The notes beneath the pieces are model-generated. The model had not been told where the DNA came from. It saw nothing but the letters and a program-made list of their open reading frames with translations, and made no database searches. Below, piece after piece: positions 62,922 to 64,000 of a stretch of DNA of 64,000 nt. Every line of letters begins with the position of its first letter. Positions within the stretch are counted from its first letter, which is position 1. The position numbers and the translations under genes were made by a program. The DNA comes from Mobula hypostoma (lineage: Eukaryota), in NCBI RefSeq assembly GCF_963921235.1, contig NC_086097.1, positions 251,846,001 to 251,910,000 of the forward strand. Direction: 5' to 3'.

Positions 62922-63605
62922 TACATATAGGAGCAGAATTAGGCCATTCGGCCCATCGAGTCTGCTCCACCATTTCATCATGGCTGATTCAGTTTCCACC
63001 TCAGCCCCAACCTCCTGCCTTCTCCCTTATTCCTTTATGCCCTGACCAATCAGGAATCTATCAACCTCCACCTTAAATACAACTAATGACTTGGCCCCCA
63101 CAGCTGCCTGTGGCAACCACTCTCTGCTTAAAGAAATTCCTCCTCACCTCCATTGTAAAAGGATGCCCCTCTATTCTGAAACTGTGTCCTCTGGTCTTAG
63201 ACTCTCCCACCATAGGAAACATCCTCTCCACATCCAATCTATCAAGGCCTTTCAACATTCAATAGGTTCAATGAGATCCCCTCATTCTTCTGAATTCTAG
63301 TGAGTACAGGCCCAAGGCAATCAAAAGTTCATCATACAATAAGCCTTTCAATCCCAGAATCATTTTCGTGAACCTCCTTTGAACTCTCTCCAATGTCAGC
63401 ACATCCTTTCTTAGATAAGGGGCCCAAAGTTGCTCACAATACTGCAAGTGAGCCCTCACCAGTGCCTTATAAAGCCTTAAAATTACATCCTTGCTTTATA
63501 TTCCATTCCTCTTGAAATGAATGCTAATATTGCATTTGTCAACCTTCACAAGGACTCCCAAGTCTTTCTGCGCCTCAGATTTTTGAATTTTCTTTCCATT
63601 TAGAT
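62922..63605 (-). mobile_element. CR1 3' fragment
   Basis: WAPYLRKDVLTLERVQRRF peptide; CR1 3' UTR. Confidence 0.88.
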
Positions 63606-63701
63606 CTGGGTGGCTATGTGGTTGGCCCAAAGGGTCTGTATCTGCTCTATAACTCCATGCCCCTAAATGATACAGATTCCCTTCGGAACAACTAGGGGCA
63701 T

Positions 63702-64000
63702 TAGTCATAGTCATAGGCATGCTTTATTGATCCCGGGGGGTAATTGGTTTTCATTACAGTTGCACCATAAATAATAAATAGTAATAAAACCATAAATAGT
63801 TAAATAGTAATATGTAAATTATGCCAGGAAATAAGTCCAGGACCAGCCTATTGGCTCAGGGTGTCTGACCCTCCAAGGGAGGAGCTGTAATGTTTGATGG
63901 CCACAGGCAGGAATGACTTCCTATGATGCTCTGTGTTGCATCTTGGAGGAATGAGTCTCTGGCTGAATGTACACCTGTGCCCACCCAGTCCATTATGTAG
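63702..64000 (-). mobile_element. Rex1-like LINE 3' end running off the window; a 45-bp stub with the same tail lies at about 11551-11596
   Basis: (tagtca)n tail plus ctttattgatccc; minus-strand HRKSFLPVAIK peptide. Confidence 0.65.

Overview
Vertebrate genomic DNA. The repeat landscape (CR1, V-SINE, Rex1, Penelope) points to a cartilaginous fish, probably a ray; the taxon is an inference. The + strand carries 22 internal coding exons (1002-62255; 5174 nt, about 1724 codons) of a large type III / DN-cadherin-like (chicken cHz-type) classical cadherin. All junctions are GT-AG and phase-compatible, and I found no stop codons. The exons encode 12 cadherin (EC) repeats, the 'non-chordate' (NC/SEA-like) domain, EGF, laminin-G and EGF; both gene ends lie outside the window. 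The introns are packed with often nested transposons: CR1, Rex1/Babar, RTE-derived, R4/Dong-like and L1/Tx1-like LINEs, Penelope-like elements, V-SINEs, solo LTRs, Tc1 remnants and an 80-bp hAT MITE. Most notable: (1) Penelope terminal repeats with minimal hammerhead ribozyme cores in inverted arrangements; (2) one such insertion that carries an inverted copy of about 157 bp of neighbouring host DNA between its arms; (3) a probable Ca2+-free EC linker and loss of the NC-domain G-S cleavage motif in the cadherin; (4) young inverted CR1 pairs bracketing exon blocks. No prokaryotic features were found. TE boundaries are approximate unless a TSD is given.
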